Counted from the first letter of the stretch, positions 1 through 10,510 are shown. The stretch is DNA of 64,000 bases from an uncultured delta proteobacterium (GCA_963796685.1 CAWCMR010000006.1:160001-224000), one strand, 5' to 3'. Notes: generated from the letters alone by a model not told the origin. Numbers and translations are program-made.

Positions 1-652
1 CGTGGCTATCGAACCATGCGTCCAAGACTCTGCGAATGGGAGATCTGCAGGTCGGAAGCAAGAAGGGCTGCTGGTCGAGGGAGGTGGGAAACCCGCGGCG
101 AACCTTCTTGGCCAGTGCCGGGGTGGCGAAGAACGCCGTACCGCAGCGGCCGAGGAGATGACTGAAGGTGCGCACGGGGAGATCCGAGGTCACGGGGGCA
201 TCACAGAGCAAGACGTCGATGGAGTAGCTCGCCAGCTCGGCCAGCAGCGTCTCGACCGTGCAACTCTCGCGATAGGCGACTTGCAAACCCTTCTCGATGC
301 GGAAGGCCGGTTCGAGCATCCGGTACACCACGGATTTGGGCAGCGAGTCCACGGCCCCCACGACGAGGCGAAGCCTCGATTCGCCAGACCGGCCCTTCAC
401 CGTACTCATCAATTCGCCGCCGAGCGCGAAGATGTCCTGGGCGAACCCGAAGACCGTGCGGCCCGTGTCGGTCAGAATCAGCTTTCTCCCTTTGCGAATG
501 AACAGCCTTTCGCCAAGGACCTCCTCGAAGCGACGGATTTGGCCGCTGATGGTCGGGTGGGCCAGGTGCAGCTCCTTGGTCGCCGCGACGATGCTGCCCT
601 CCTTGGCTACGACCCAAAAGTAGAGAAGGTGATGATAGTTGAGCCATTCCAT
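1..652 (-). CDS. nhaR: LysR-family transcriptional activator NhaR (3' end runs off the window)
   Basis: Not in the ORF track. Manual translation from ATG at 652 gives MEWLNYHHLLYFWVVAKEGSIVAATKELHLAHPTISGQIRRFEEVLGERLF, the characteristic NhaR N-terminal wHTH. The frame is open to the window edge. Confidence 0.9.
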   Translation of the reverse strand, partial: MEWLNYHHLLYFWVVAKEGSIVAATKELHLAHPTISGQIRRFEEVLGERLFIRKGRKLILTDTGRTVFGFAQDIFALGGELMSTVKGRSGESRLRLVVGAVDSLPKSVVYRMLEPAFRIEKGLQVAYRESCTVETLLAELASYSIDVLLCDAPVTSDLPVRTFSHLLGRCGTAFFATPALAKKVRRGFPTSLDQQPFLLPTCRSPIRRVLDAWFDSH

Positions 653-852
653 GGCCGCAGTGATCGGTATGATCGGTTCATCCGGGAAACGCAAAGAGAA
701 AAGAGGGCATCGGTCGCTTTTTTCGTCATAGAAGCTTGCAAAATCCGCGTGGTTGCAGCGTGGGCCAGGGACTAGATACGCGGCTTGGCGGTCGCATCAT
801 CAGCGTATCGAATCAGCAGAAGCCCAATCAAGGAGAGTGCGATGGTCACGAC

Positions 853-931
853 TCCGGCGTGAATGATTGTTTCCGGCGCGAATGATCGTTCATCCAATAG
901 ACGGATGGGGTTCATCCAATAGACGGATAGG
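853..931. repeat. Two adjacent tandem direct repeats (19 bp x2 and 22 bp x2); candidate LysR-type operator boxes
   Basis: TCCGGCGTGAATGATTGTT / TCCGGCGCGAATGATCGTT (853-871, 872-890) and GTTCATCCAATAGACGGATGGG / GTTCATCCAATAGACGGATAGG (888-909, 910-931). Each 22-mer contains the dyad ATCC-N7-GGAT, which fits T-N11-A. Confidence 0.7.
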
Positions 932-942
932 AAGGGATACTG

Positions 943-1740
943 ATGTTACGAAGCCTGAAAGACCTAGAGGGGTACACCGTCAACGCAACCGACGGCGACA
1001 TCGGAAAGGTCGTGAACTTTTTCCTGGACGATGAGCGTTGGATCGTTCGCTACCTCGTGGTGCAGACGGGGGGGGCCCTCTTCTTGGATGGGCAACGGGT
1101 CCTGATCTCGCCCATCGCCTTCGGCCAGATCGAATGGCCCAGCCATCGCTTTCATGTCGCCCTGACGGCGGAGAAGGTCAAGCACAGTCCGAGCGTCGAT
1201 ACCGACAAGCCCGTGTCGCGCCAACACGAGGCTGATTATACGCAGTACTACGGATACATGCGCTATTGGGGTTTTCCCGGAATCTGGGGCATGGGGGGAT
1301 ACCCGGGGCTGCTCGCGGCGGGCGGTGCGGACGAGCTTCCGCCACCGCTGACCGAGAAGACCGCCGGCGACGTTCACTTGCGCAGCGCCAATGAGGTTCG
1401 GGGGTACCACATTGTGGGAAGCGACGGGGTGGTCGGCCATGTCGAGGACTTCATCGTCGACGACGAGACCTGGGAAGTGCGATTGCTCGTCGTCAACACC
1501 AGCAACTGGTGGCTAGGCAAGAACGTGCTGGTTGCCCCCCACTGGGCGACCCGAATCAGTTGGGAGGAGGGCACCGTGTCTTTGGATATGTCCCGGCAAG
1601 CAGTCAAAGATAGCCCCGAGTGGGATCCGACCAAGGGCGTCAATCAGGAGTATGAAACGCGACTGTATGACTACTATGGGCGTCCGGTTGGTTGGTCCGG
1701 CAGGGGACGTCCCAAAGGTACGCCGCCACCGCGCAGCTAG
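943..1740 (+). CDS. PRC-barrel domain protein (two barrels)
   Basis: Two repeats of the G-Y-x-V/I-x-x-x-DGxxG-x-V-x-x-F-x-x-DDExW-x-VR-x-LVV pattern. GAAGGGA RBS upstream. Confidence 0.9.
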   Translation: MLRSLKDLEGYTVNATDGDIGKVVNFFLDDERWIVRYLVVQTGGALFLDGQRVLISPIAFGQIEWPSHRFHVALTAEKVKHSPSVDTDKPVSRQHEADYTQYYGYMRYWGFPGIWGMGGYPGLLAAGGADELPPPLTEKTAGDVHLRSANEVRGYHIVGSDGVVGHVEDFIVDDETWEVRLLVVNTSNWWLGKNVLVAPHWATRISWEEGTVSLDMSRQAVKDSPEWDPTKGVNQEYETRLYDYYGRPVGWSGRGRPKGTPPPRS

Positions 1741-1761
1741 GGCTGTCGGGGTCTGGAGCCT

Positions 1762-4525
1762 CTATTTCGAGTGTTCAGCAAGCACCTGCTTGAGGGTGTT
1801 CATCGCTTTGCCGAAATCCTTCCAATCCCCCTGCTGCATCGCCTTCTGGGCATCGTCGAACTCCGACTTCGCCTGAGCCAGCTCTTCGTGTTCGTGCGGC
1901 AACAGTCGAGCTTGAGGGGTGGGCGCCATTCCGAACACGGCCTGGATTGCCTCATCGAGGGTGGGCTGCATCGCCACTTTGTTGCCGGAAATCACGATGA
2001 CCCGCTTGAGCTGAGGAAAGTCCGTGCCCTCGGCCGTCAGGTAGAGCGGCACGACATAGAGAAAGGAATTCTCGATGGGTACCGCAAGCAGGTTTCCGCG
2101 AATGACACGCGACCCCTTTTGATCCCACAGGGTCAATTGCTGCGCGATCGCCGTGTTCTGGTCGATCATCGCTTCGATCTGCATCGGGCCATAGACCAGC
2201 TTGTCCTTGGGAAGCTCGTAATAGAGCATCTTGCCGTAATCGGGAAAATCGCACCGGGCGGCCAACCAGGACACCATGTTGTTGCGTCTTGGCGGTGTGA
2301 ACGGAGTCATGATGAGGTACTCGAGCCGATCGCTTCCGGGCAGCTTCATCAGGATGTAGTAGGGCTCCATGGGGGCGGTGGTGCCTCCGTAGGCCTCGTT
2401 GGGAAACACCCAGAGATCTTCGCGGTTGTAGTAGACCTGTGGGACGGCCATGTGGAAGGTCCTGAACTGGTCGGCCTGGATGGCAAAGAGATCCCTGGCG
2501 TAGCGCAGATGGGTCTTCAGATCGGGCGAAAGTTGGCTGAGGTCCTTGAAGAGGTGCGGAAAGGCGTGTCGGTAGACCGCCAGAACGGGATCCCGGGGAT
2601 CCATCGTGTAGAAGTCGACGGTTCCGTCGTACATGTCCACCACCACCTTCACCGAGTTGCGAATGTAGTTGAATGCCTGCTCGAAGGCCGCCCCATGGGG
2701 GGAGGAATAGGGGTAGTGGTCCGAGACGGTGTAGGCGTCTTGAATCCAGTACTGTCTGCCCCCGCTCACCACGGCATAGGGATCCTGGTCGAGGCGCAAG
2801 AACGGGGCGATCTGCTGCACGCGCTGTTGGACGCGCCTCCAGATTTGAATCTTGCTGCTCGGCTTGAGGTAGGAGGTGAAGAGAATGTTGATGTCGGACT
2901 GTGTCCAGGCGAACAGGAGTCGCTTCCAAATACTGTCCAGCGGAATGCCTCCTTTTCCCTCGTAGTTGGTGTAGACATTTTGATTCCCCTTCGGATAGTC
3001 GAATTCCTTGACGCCGGTCGCGACGATGCGATATCCGGGGGTCGACTTGCCGAAGTAGATGGCAGGCTGCTTGGTGGCCAATCCGAAGGAGGATTCGGGC
3101 GGGATGTTCTCCAGAATGTATTGCGGAAAGCCTCCGCCAGTGGTCTTGGACACGAAGCTCATCACCAGCCCGTAACCGTGGGTGAACTGCAACGTCTGGT
3201 TGACCCAGGTTTGGGCATCCGCGGGAAGGTCCGGGGAGAAGCTCGCGGGCCGAAAGCATCACCTGGTGATAGCCGTCCGGGAGATGGTAGCGGTCCACGT
3301 CTACTTCGTAAAACTGGTAGTAGAGCCGAATCTCCTGGGCCTGCTGGTACATGCGAAGCAGAGGGCGGTAGTCCCAGAGTCGAATGTTCTGAATCGTGGC
3401 TTGATTTCTCGCGATCACTTCGGGCGTCAGGTCGGCCAGGGCGGGATAGGAGGTCTCTTGAATCGCGTCCAGACCAAAGGCCTTTCGGGTGAAGTCGATG
3501 TTGCTTTCGAGATACGGTGTTTCGAGGAAGAGCTCGTTGGGTTGCACGGCAAACCGCTGAAACAGGGCGGGCAGGATCCAGATGACGGCACAGTACAAGC
3601 CGATATGAATCGCGAAGCCGATGGCCATTACTTTGAGGCGCGGCCGCATGGCGGTGAGCATCAAGAGCACGCACAGGGCCACGGCGGCGAAGGTCATGAC
3701 CCAGTAGGAGATTCGGGTAACCCGAACCGCCGTGTAGCCGGCTCCGTAGACCACCCCCATGGTGGAATAGAGGAGCTCGTAGTGGTCCAGGTAGAATCCC
3801 CACCCCCAGCTGGCAACGAGTACCAAGGACAGGACCGATACATGCGAGACAGGACCCGTGGCGATGCCGGGCGGACCCTGGTGCCAACGTAATAGGCCGA
3901 AATACCGGTAGAGAAGCAGGATGGCGAGGAGGGTGATCAGGGCCAGGGTGGCGAGGGTGCCTTGCAACAGCTCATAAAGCGGAAGGCGGAATAGATAGAA
4001 GCCGAGATCGACCCTGAAGAGTGGGTCCGACGAGCCGAAGGCGCCGCCGTAGCGAAAGCGCAAGTAGGTATCCCATTCCCCGGAGAAGACCCACGCGAAG
4101 ATGATGGCAACCCCGGCGGAGACAAGAGCGGAGACCCATTTGAAGATCCGTGGAGAGACCTGGATATTGGCCTTCGCGACGGCGGTGGGCTGGATGGACG
4201 GCAGGTCCGAAGGAAAAGCGACGCCGTTCTTCGCCGCGATGCGGAGATTGCCCCAGAGATAGAGCAGCACGAGAACGAAGGCCGCTGCGGCAAACCACCA
4301 GCGCAAGAGCAGGAGCTTCCAGAAGACGGCGTCGTAGCCGAGCTGGTGCATCCACAGACCCTTCTGAAAGTAGCCGGACAGGACCGTCAGAACGACGACG
4401 AGAGCGACCACCGCAAGGAGCAAGAGCCCGATCGGATGCCGTCCATGGACGGTGCGCAGAACGCCGAGGGCCCTGGGCACCTCGTTCGTGCGCATGGGTA
4501 CCGGTTCTCCGTTTCTCTCGCTCAT
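1762..4525 (-). pseudogene. UPF0182-family membrane protein, split by a single extra base near 3236-3242 (pseudogene or assembly error)
   Basis: N-terminal half (ATG 4525, GAAGGAG RBS; DPLFRVDLGFYLFRLP, NIRLWD, YYQFYEVDVDRY, QVMLSAREL) continues in another frame as SPDLPADAQTWVNQTLQFTHGYG...YIRNSVKVVVDMYDG...VIRGNLL. Removing one base restores one long ORF. Confidence 0.85.
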
Positions 4526-4538
4526 GGTTCTATCTCCT

Positions 4539-4763
4539 TCATCGTTGCAACCACCATGGCCGCCACGCGTGCTTGGCGGGAGGCGACTGCGGCTTGGCCA
4601 GCGACGCCGCATTGCTCGATACATGTCGGCCACGGAAGGCCGCGGCCACGATGCCAATCAGGGCGGCAAGTACGAGCAAGGCGGAGAGCGCAAGAAGTAC
4701 CCGCCTAGCGCGGCCGGTCTTGGTTCCACGGACTATCACTCTCATCGGATCGTCCTTGTTCAT
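4539..4763 (-). CDS. Small single-pass membrane protein, unknown function
   Basis: Strong AAAGGAGG RBS, one hydrophobic helix, co-oriented between the OmpA/MotB and UPF0182 genes. Confidence 0.6.
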   Translation of the reverse strand: MNKDDPMRVIVRGTKTGRARRVLLALSALLVLAALIGIVAAAFRGRHVSSNAASLAKPQSPPAKHAWRPWWLQR

Positions 4764-4822
4764 CTGGAGACCTCCTTTCCGTGTTGAACCGTGGGTGAAT
4801 CGCCAACGACATCCCCGTTACG

Positions 4823-5659
4823 CTACGGTCGCGGCGCCGGTTGGATCTCCTCCAGCGAGGGCAACTCGGAGAGATTCGGCTGCAGCACGATCTCGGTGCG
4901 TCGGTTCTGCGCCCGATGTTCGGGCGAGTCGTTGGGGACCACGGGATCGTACTCGCCATACCCCGCGGCCGCGAGAACCTGGGGACGCATGCCGTGGCTG
5001 ATGAGGAATTGGGTCACCTCGACCGCACGGGCCGTGGAAAGCTCCCAGTTCGACGGAAAACGGGCGGTGTGAATCGGCACGTTGTCGGTATCGCCAGCGA
5101 CCAGAAAGTTGCGGTCCGGTATCGTGGCGAGCACCTTGGCGACATCGGCGAGCGCGACCTGCCCGTCAGGCTTGATGTCGGTCTTGCCCGAGTCGAAAAG
5201 GACGTCGTTGGGCAAAGCAATGATCATCCGGCCGTCGCGAATGACGACCTTGAGCTTGCCGGCGTCGATCATGGATTTGAAGTCGGCCACCAATTTGCGG
5301 AACATCGCCGCGCGTGCCTCGGCCGCCTGCTTCTCGCGGCGAAGGTCTTCGAGGCGAGCCCGTGCATCGGCAAGGCCTTGCGTGAGTTGTCCCTTTTCGC
5401 CCGTGAGCTTGTCGACGTTCTGACCGAGCTGTTGCAAGCGCCCGGTGAGCTGGCCGACCAGGGCGATCTCATTATCGAGTTTCTTGCGCAGCTCGTAAGC
5501 ATCGGCAGCCGCGCTGTCCCGGTCTGCCCGAACCGCCGCGAGCTCGGCGACCTTCTTGTTGTAGGTTCCGGAGCTGACACAGGCGCTGGTCGTGCAAAGC
5601 GCGACGAGGACCACCGTGAGGCCGGATGGGGGTACTGTCGATCGGAGGCGGGATTTCAT
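4823..5659 (-). CDS. OmpA/MotB-family peptidoglycan-binding lipoprotein with coiled coil
   Basis: Lipobox-like TSAC, long coiled coil, then LFDSG...GDTDNVP...SNWELSTARA...AAGYGEYDP...NRRTEI (OmpA-C/MotB domain). Confidence 0.9.
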   Translation of the reverse strand: MKSRLRSTVPPSGLTVVLVALCTTSACVSSGTYNKKVAELAAVRADRDSAAADAYELRKKLDNEIALVGQLTGRLQQLGQNVDKLTGEKGQLTQGLADARARLEDLRREKQAAEARAAMFRKLVADFKSMIDAGKLKVVIRDGRMIIALPNDVLFDSGKTDIKPDGQVALADVAKVLATIPDRNFLVAGDTDNVPIHTARFPSNWELSTARAVEVTQFLISHGMRPQVLAAAGYGEYDPVVPNDSPEHRAQNRRTEIVLQPNLSELPSLEEIQPAPRP

Positions 5660-5686
5660 GAAGGGCTCCTTGTGTGGTCGGCGGTG

Positions 5687-7348
5687 CTACCGACGGCCTT
5701 GTTGGACCTTGATTCGGTTAAGAACGGAGGTTGCTCCGCTTTGGTGGGCGTCTTTGCCGGCCTCAGCCCAGGCAATCCAGGTTCGGACCGTGCCGGTCAA
5801 CGTGGCGACTCCGTCGTCTACCGTGACGTTGATGTCCTTCCTGCGAACGAAGGGACTCCAGAAGAGCGCATCGTCGATGTTCTTCTTGATTCGTTCGTCG
5901 CTCAGAAAGGGTCGCCGAGTAGCATGGGCCGGGCAGCCGTGGTCGGGAGGCTGGTCGTAATTGGGCCAACCGTAACCGAGGTAGTCCGGCCAAGCGTCGT
6001 AGGAAGGAAAGACCTCCGGCTCGACTTTGAGATGGTTGACGACCGAGATCACGCCTTTCGTTCGCGACGCGGCATCCTGGGCCTCCACCCTTTGATGATT
6101 GGATGCGACTGCGCCGGAGAGATAGGCGACGTGGTTGACGACGGCCACCTCGATGGCCGAGCCGCCCAGCAACGGATCCCAATGCAACACCGCAGTCAAA
6201 TCGTCCTTGATCTCCGCGTCCGTAGCCGGACCGCTCGGCCTGACTTCGAGAAGGTTGTCGACAGCCGCGACCCCGAGGGTGTTCCTGACGTCCTGTTCGG
6301 CGGAGGTCTTAGCCTTCAAATTTCCAACCGATCCGCCGAGTAGAACCACGCCCCCTTCGACAGTCACGTCGGGAGAAAAGGCCGAGACGCGCGGATCGTA
6401 GCGAAGCGCGGCCCGCACGGCCTGCTCGATCTCGCCGTCGGATCTGACCGCATACCTCTGCTTGCGCTGGGCGGCGTCGCGGAACCACGGCTGGACGATC
6501 AGCCCCGTGCCATCGACGCCCACCACTCCGTTGACCCACGCATCGTCGATCGCTCGGGACTTTTCGACCGCGCTTCCAACCTCGCCGACGAGGGCGACTT
6601 TGCCGTCCTGAACCGTGGCACTGAGCAGGTCGCCGTCGATCCAGATGTCCCATTGCAGACGAGCCGTGACGTCACCGGCAATTTCCGAGTCGGTGCGTGT
6701 GCCCTTGTAGTCGATGGCAACATCGTTGACGACCCTTTTGACACCCTTCACGCTCTTGGCAATGCGTGCGACCAATTGCTTCTCGGCGTAGGAGCCAACA
6801 CTGCCGCTCAACGAGACGACCGCCTTCCTCACCGAAACAGCAACCTGATAGGATTCGGTCGCAGGATCCTGCACCAAGGCTGCCCGGATGTCCCGGAGAA
6901 TGTCCGCGTCCGGGCGGGCCAACGCAGCCACGTCAATCCTGTCGATGGTCGCTCGCACGCCTCGAATGCTCTGGGCTATCCGGAGGGCCCGATCTCTGGC
7001 CAGGATGTTGCTGACCGATCCAGAAAGAGTCACGATTCCATTCATCGTGGCGACATCCAAGGTATCGGGGAATACACCCCTGTCGAAGACCAGGGCCTGT
7101 TCGACGGCTTTGGTGATGGCCCCGTCGGGAATTGCCTTGGGTGCAGTCGCTGCGCGGGAAAGCGGCAAGCCGAGGATTTGAACCACCCCGACAATCGACA
7201 GGGTCGCTGACGCTCTGCCGTGGAAGGCTTGACGATGCAGCGTCGCCGCTGGCCGTCTGGGTGCAGAGCGAGCCCGGGTGAGGGGTCGAGGCCCGGTGCC
7301 CTCCCAGTGGTGTGGGCGGAGCGCAGGACCGAAGCTGTCGTTGCTCAT
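5687..7348 (-). CDS. Secreted multi-BON domain protein (six BON domains); start codon uncertain
   Basis: Six D-x-x-I...AL...G-x-V-x-L-x-G-x-V...GV-x-x-V-x-N/D repeats. The ORF is open to 7474; ATG 7348 chosen. Confidence 0.88.
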   Translation of the reverse strand: MSNDSFGPALRPHHWEGTGPRPLTRARSAPRRPAATLHRQAFHGRASATLSIVGVVQILGLPLSRAATAPKAIPDGAITKAVEQALVFDRGVFPDTLDVATMNGIVTLSGSVSNILARDRALRIAQSIRGVRATIDRIDVAALARPDADILRDIRAALVQDPATESYQVAVSVRKAVVSLSGSVGSYAEKQLVARIAKSVKGVKRVVNDVAIDYKGTRTDSEIAGDVTARLQWDIWIDGDLLSATVQDGKVALVGEVGSAVEKSRAIDDAWVNGVVGVDGTGLIVQPWFRDAAQRKQRYAVRSDGEIEQAVRAALRYDPRVSAFSPDVTVEGGVVLLGGSVGNLKAKTSAEQDVRNTLGVAAVDNLLEVRPSGPATDAEIKDDLTAVLHWDPLLGGSAIEVAVVNHVAYLSGAVASNHQRVEAQDAASRTKGVISVVNHLKVEPEVFPSYDAWPDYLGYGWPNYDQPPDHGCPAHATRRPFLSDERIKKNIDDALFWSPFVRRKDINVTVDDGVATLTGTVRTWIAWAEAGKDAHQSGATSVLNRIKVQQGRR

Positions 7349-7488
7349 GTTGTCTCTTTCGCCACGGTTCCGGTGTTGTTTCGTCGTGAGATCTCCGCTG
7401 CGATGGCCTCGAATAGCCGGATGGGTAAAACTGCCGGGGACCTCGGCCGGAGGCCGAGATCGGAACATGCGCAAACTCGCTCGGGATT

Positions 7489-7998
7489 CTAGGGGTAGGA
7501 TCCCAGGCCGATTTCTCCCAGGTGTTCGTCGAACTCGGGCGGGAGTGAACCCTCTGTTTTCAGGTCACGGATAGTTGGAAGCCGCAAAAGCGTCCCGGTT
7601 GCAGGTGTATGGCGCAGAAAATTGGCCAGACGTCGGTCGGCGCTCAAGACGTGATAGACCAGCCAGTCTTCGATCAGGAAGAAAATGGACTCGCTGGCCT
7701 CTGCCGGCCGTAGCATTTGCGTGTCTATCTCGCCGGCAATGTAGCGAATTTGTCGATGAAACGACGTGTGGAAAGAGCGATCGGGGTATTTTGCGTACGC
7801 CATCGCCAATTCCTCGGACAGGAGGTGGTAGTCGAGATAGGCGAGGAGCGATTTCACCGCGGGCCGAAGACGGTCGGGTGATGCCCGCAGGCCTTGCGGG
7901 TCGAGGATGGTGTTGGCCATTTCGAGCAAGGTGCGACAATGGGCATCAAAGTCGATGTTCCCGGTTTGTACCGAGGCCGTGAATTCGAATCGGTGCAT
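7489..7998 (-). CDS. Bacteriohemerythrin-like protein
   Basis: F..S..TG...D start, HLLSEE, HTSFH and WLVYHVLSAD match the hemerythrin iron-ligand spacing. Confidence 0.8.
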   Translation of the reverse strand: MHRFEFTASVQTGNIDFDAHCRTLLEMANTILDPQGLRASPDRLRPAVKSLLAYLDYHLLSEELAMAYAKYPDRSFHTSFHRQIRYIAGEIDTQMLRPAEASESIFFLIEDWLVYHVLSADRRLANFLRHTPATGTLLRLPTIRDLKTEGSLPPEFDEHLGEIGLGSYP

Positions 7999-8284
7999 GG
8001 CATTCGTCCGAACGAGGTTGAGTGTGAAGGGGTCAGTCCCCGATGGTCTGAAGCGGCAAACATCCCCGCGCCAGCTTCGCGCCTGGAGCACAAGCTGAGC
8101 AAACTTGCATATGCGGCCTGCGTGCCACCGGAGCAAGGAGAATTTTCGTCTGACACGAGTCGGAAAATGCGATCGAATTATCGTGCCTCTTGCGAGCGAT
8201 GGTCATGTTGACCTTTCGGTCTTGTAATGTGCGTGCAAACTAGAGGCAAGGAATCCCAACTAGGCTATCCACACCGGAGGCTTC

Positions 8285-10510
8285 ATGAAATTTCCAACCA
8301 GACTGGTTTCTTTCCTGGCCGCTCTGTGGCTGGCTCTCGCAACGATCGGCACGGGGTTGAGTGCTCAGCCTCGTCCCATGCCGACCGCCGACGCGCGGAC
8401 CGAAGCCAATATCACGCGGGTAACGGCCGGATTTCTCGAGCGCTCCCAGTTGGCGCATCACCCGCTCGATGCCGACTTGGCGGGAAAGCTCCTCGACCGT
8501 TACATGGACGACTTGGACGGAGCGCGCTCGCTGTTCCTACAATCGGATGCGAAGGAATTCGAGGCGTATCGCGCGACCCTGTCACGGGCAATCGAGGCCG
8601 GCGATACCAGCGCGGCCCGGAGCATCTTCAGGCGCTTTCTGGAACGGCTGGGGCAGAAAGTGGCGTACTCCACCCATCTGCTGCGGACGGCGAAGTTCGA
8701 TTTTACGGGACACGACAGGTATTCATTCGATCGCGAAAAGGCCGAGAGACCGCAGGACATCAAGGCGGCCGAGGCGCTGTGGCGGCAGGAGATGCGAGCC
8801 GAATACCTGCAGGAAAAGCTGGCGAACAAGAAACCGGAGGAAATCGTGCGCACCTTGATTCGCAAGGAGACGCAACACCTTGCGAGCATGAAGGCACTCG
8901 ACGACGACGAGGTGCTCGAGATCTACCTCGATACGCTCGCCCACGTGTACGATCCCCACTCGGACTATCTCGGGCACGAGCAGATGGAAACCCTGTCCAT
9001 CGCCATGAATCTTTCGCTCTTCGGGATCGGCGCCTCGTTGGAAAACAAGGACGGGTACTGCGTGATTCGCGAGCTTTTGCCAGGGGGACCCGCGCTGCGA
9101 AGTGGGTTGCTCAAGCCAGGCGATCGCATTGTCGCGGTCGCGCAAGGGAATGGGGAACCCGTGGATATCACGAGCATGCCGCTCTCTCGTTCCGTGGAGT
9201 TGATTCGCGGCCCCAAGGGGACCACGGTAAAGCTGACCATCCTTCCTGCGGCCGCCGCCGAGGGCTCGCTTCCCAAGGTGGTTTCCCTCGTGCGCGCCGA
9301 GATCAAGCTCCAGGACCAACAGGCCAAGGCGAGCATCATGGACGTGCCGAGAGGGAAGGGGCGGACGTTGAGGCTCGGGGTCATCGATCTGCCGTCGTTC
9401 TATGCCGACATGGGCGGGCAGAAGGGTGCCGAGTCTCGCAGCGCGACCGCGGACGTCGCTCGCCTGCTGACCAAATTGAAGGCGGAGCACGTGCGCGGGA
9501 TCGTTCTCGACCTGCGCGGGAATGGCGGTGGTTCGCTCGAAGAGGCGATCACCATGACAGGCTTGTTCATTCGTCAGGGGCCGGTGGTGCAGACGCGTGG
9601 CATGAACGGAGAAATCGAAGTGGGTTCGGACAACGATCCCGCCGTTCAGTACGACGGGCCGCTCGTCGTGCTGACCAACCGGTTCAGTGCTTCCGCCTCG
9701 GAGATTCTGGTCGGCGCTTTGAAGGACTACGGCCGCGCCGTGGTGGTAGGCGATACCTCGACCTTCGGCAAGGGCACGGTGCAAAGCATCTTGCCCCTGG
9801 CGACGGTGATGGACAAGGCCGGCATCGTGCACGCCTATGACCCCGGTGCGCTCAAGATCACGATCAGCAAATTCTACCGGCCCGATGGGGCGTCGACGCA
9901 GTTGCGAGGCGTGGCCTCCGACATCGTGCTGCCGTCGCCGACCGACCTCAGCGACGTGAACGAATCGTCGCTGAAGGATCCCTTGCGTTGGGACGCCGTG
10001 GCCCCTGCTCCCCACGCGGAGCTCCATCGCGTGCAGCCCTATCTGGCGACGCTGCGCGAGAGATCCCGCGAACGAATCGCGAGCGAAAAGGAGTTCTCCT
10101 ACCTGGAGGAGGACGTGGCCCGAATCAAGAAGAGCGTGGCCGAGAAATCGGTCTCGCTCAACGAAGCCGAGCGGCGGCGCGAGATGGCCGAGGACAAGGC
10201 GCGCGACGAGCAGCGCAAACAAGAGGAGCTGGCCCATCCCTTGCCCCAGCCGACCACCTACGAGATCACGCTCGACAACGTGTCGATGCCCGGCCTGCCG
10301 CCGCCCGTGGCGCCCAAGAAGAGCTCGGCGAAGAGCGCAGACACCCAGGCGACCCCGTCTTCGTCGGAGGACTCCGATCAGTCGGTGGCCGACCGGTCCT
10401 TGGACCGCAACATCATCTTGCAAGAGACCGTGAAGATCCTAGGCGATTACGTCGACCTTCTTGGCGAGCGACCGTTCGGCTCGATGCAGGCCGAGCAGGG
10501 GGCGCGGTAG
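8285..10510 (+). CDS. prc: Carboxy-terminal processing (tail-specific) protease, S41 family with PDZ domain
   Basis: Signal peptide, YDPHSDY, GIGA, DLRGNGGGSL, SASASEI, TFGKGTVQ and KFYRPDGASTQLRGV motifs. GGAGG RBS. Confidence 0.93.
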   Translation: MKFPTRLVSFLAALWLALATIGTGLSAQPRPMPTADARTEANITRVTAGFLERSQLAHHPLDADLAGKLLDRYMDDLDGARSLFLQSDAKEFEAYRATLSRAIEAGDTSAARSIFRRFLERLGQKVAYSTHLLRTAKFDFTGHDRYSFDREKAERPQDIKAAEALWRQEMRAEYLQEKLANKKPEEIVRTLIRKETQHLASMKALDDDEVLEIYLDTLAHVYDPHSDYLGHEQMETLSIAMNLSLFGIGASLENKDGYCVIRELLPGGPALRSGLLKPGDRIVAVAQGNGEPVDITSMPLSRSVELIRGPKGTTVKLTILPAAAAEGSLPKVVSLVRAEIKLQDQQAKASIMDVPRGKGRTLRLGVIDLPSFYADMGGQKGAESRSATADVARLLTKLKAEHVRGIVLDLRGNGGGSLEEAITMTGLFIRQGPVVQTRGMNGEIEVGSDNDPAVQYDGPLVVLTNRFSASASEILVGALKDYGRAVVVGDTSTFGKGTVQSILPLATVMDKAGIVHAYDPGALKITISKFYRPDGASTQLRGVASDIVLPSPTDLSDVNESSLKDPLRWDAVAPAPHAELHRVQPYLATLRERSRERIASEKEFSYLEEDVARIKKSVAEKSVSLNEAERRREMAEDKARDEQRKQEELAHPLPQPTTYEITLDNVSMPGLPPPVAPKKSSAKSADTQATPSSSEDSDQSVADRSLDRNIILQETVKILGDYVDLLGERPFGSMQAEQGAR

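Noticed and set aside
2-775. 257-aa plus-strand ORF
   Set aside because: Antisense shadow of nhaR, which is the recognisable protein on the minus strand.
853-931. Mini CRISPR array
   Set aside because: The repeats are directly adjacent with no spacers, and there are no cas genes in the window.
3230-3246. Programmed ribosomal frameshift in the UPF0182 gene
   Set aside because: No slippery heptamer or stop at the shift site, the family is not known to be recoded, and the same 12-mer explains a second shift on the opposite strand.
8112-8127. Sigma54 promoter (minus TGGCACGCAGGCCGCA) for the hemerythrin-BON run, and a similar weak one at 12661-12676 for ftsH
   Set aside because: GG/GC spacing fits, but the matches are weaker and no operator palindrome is adjacent; not listed as features.
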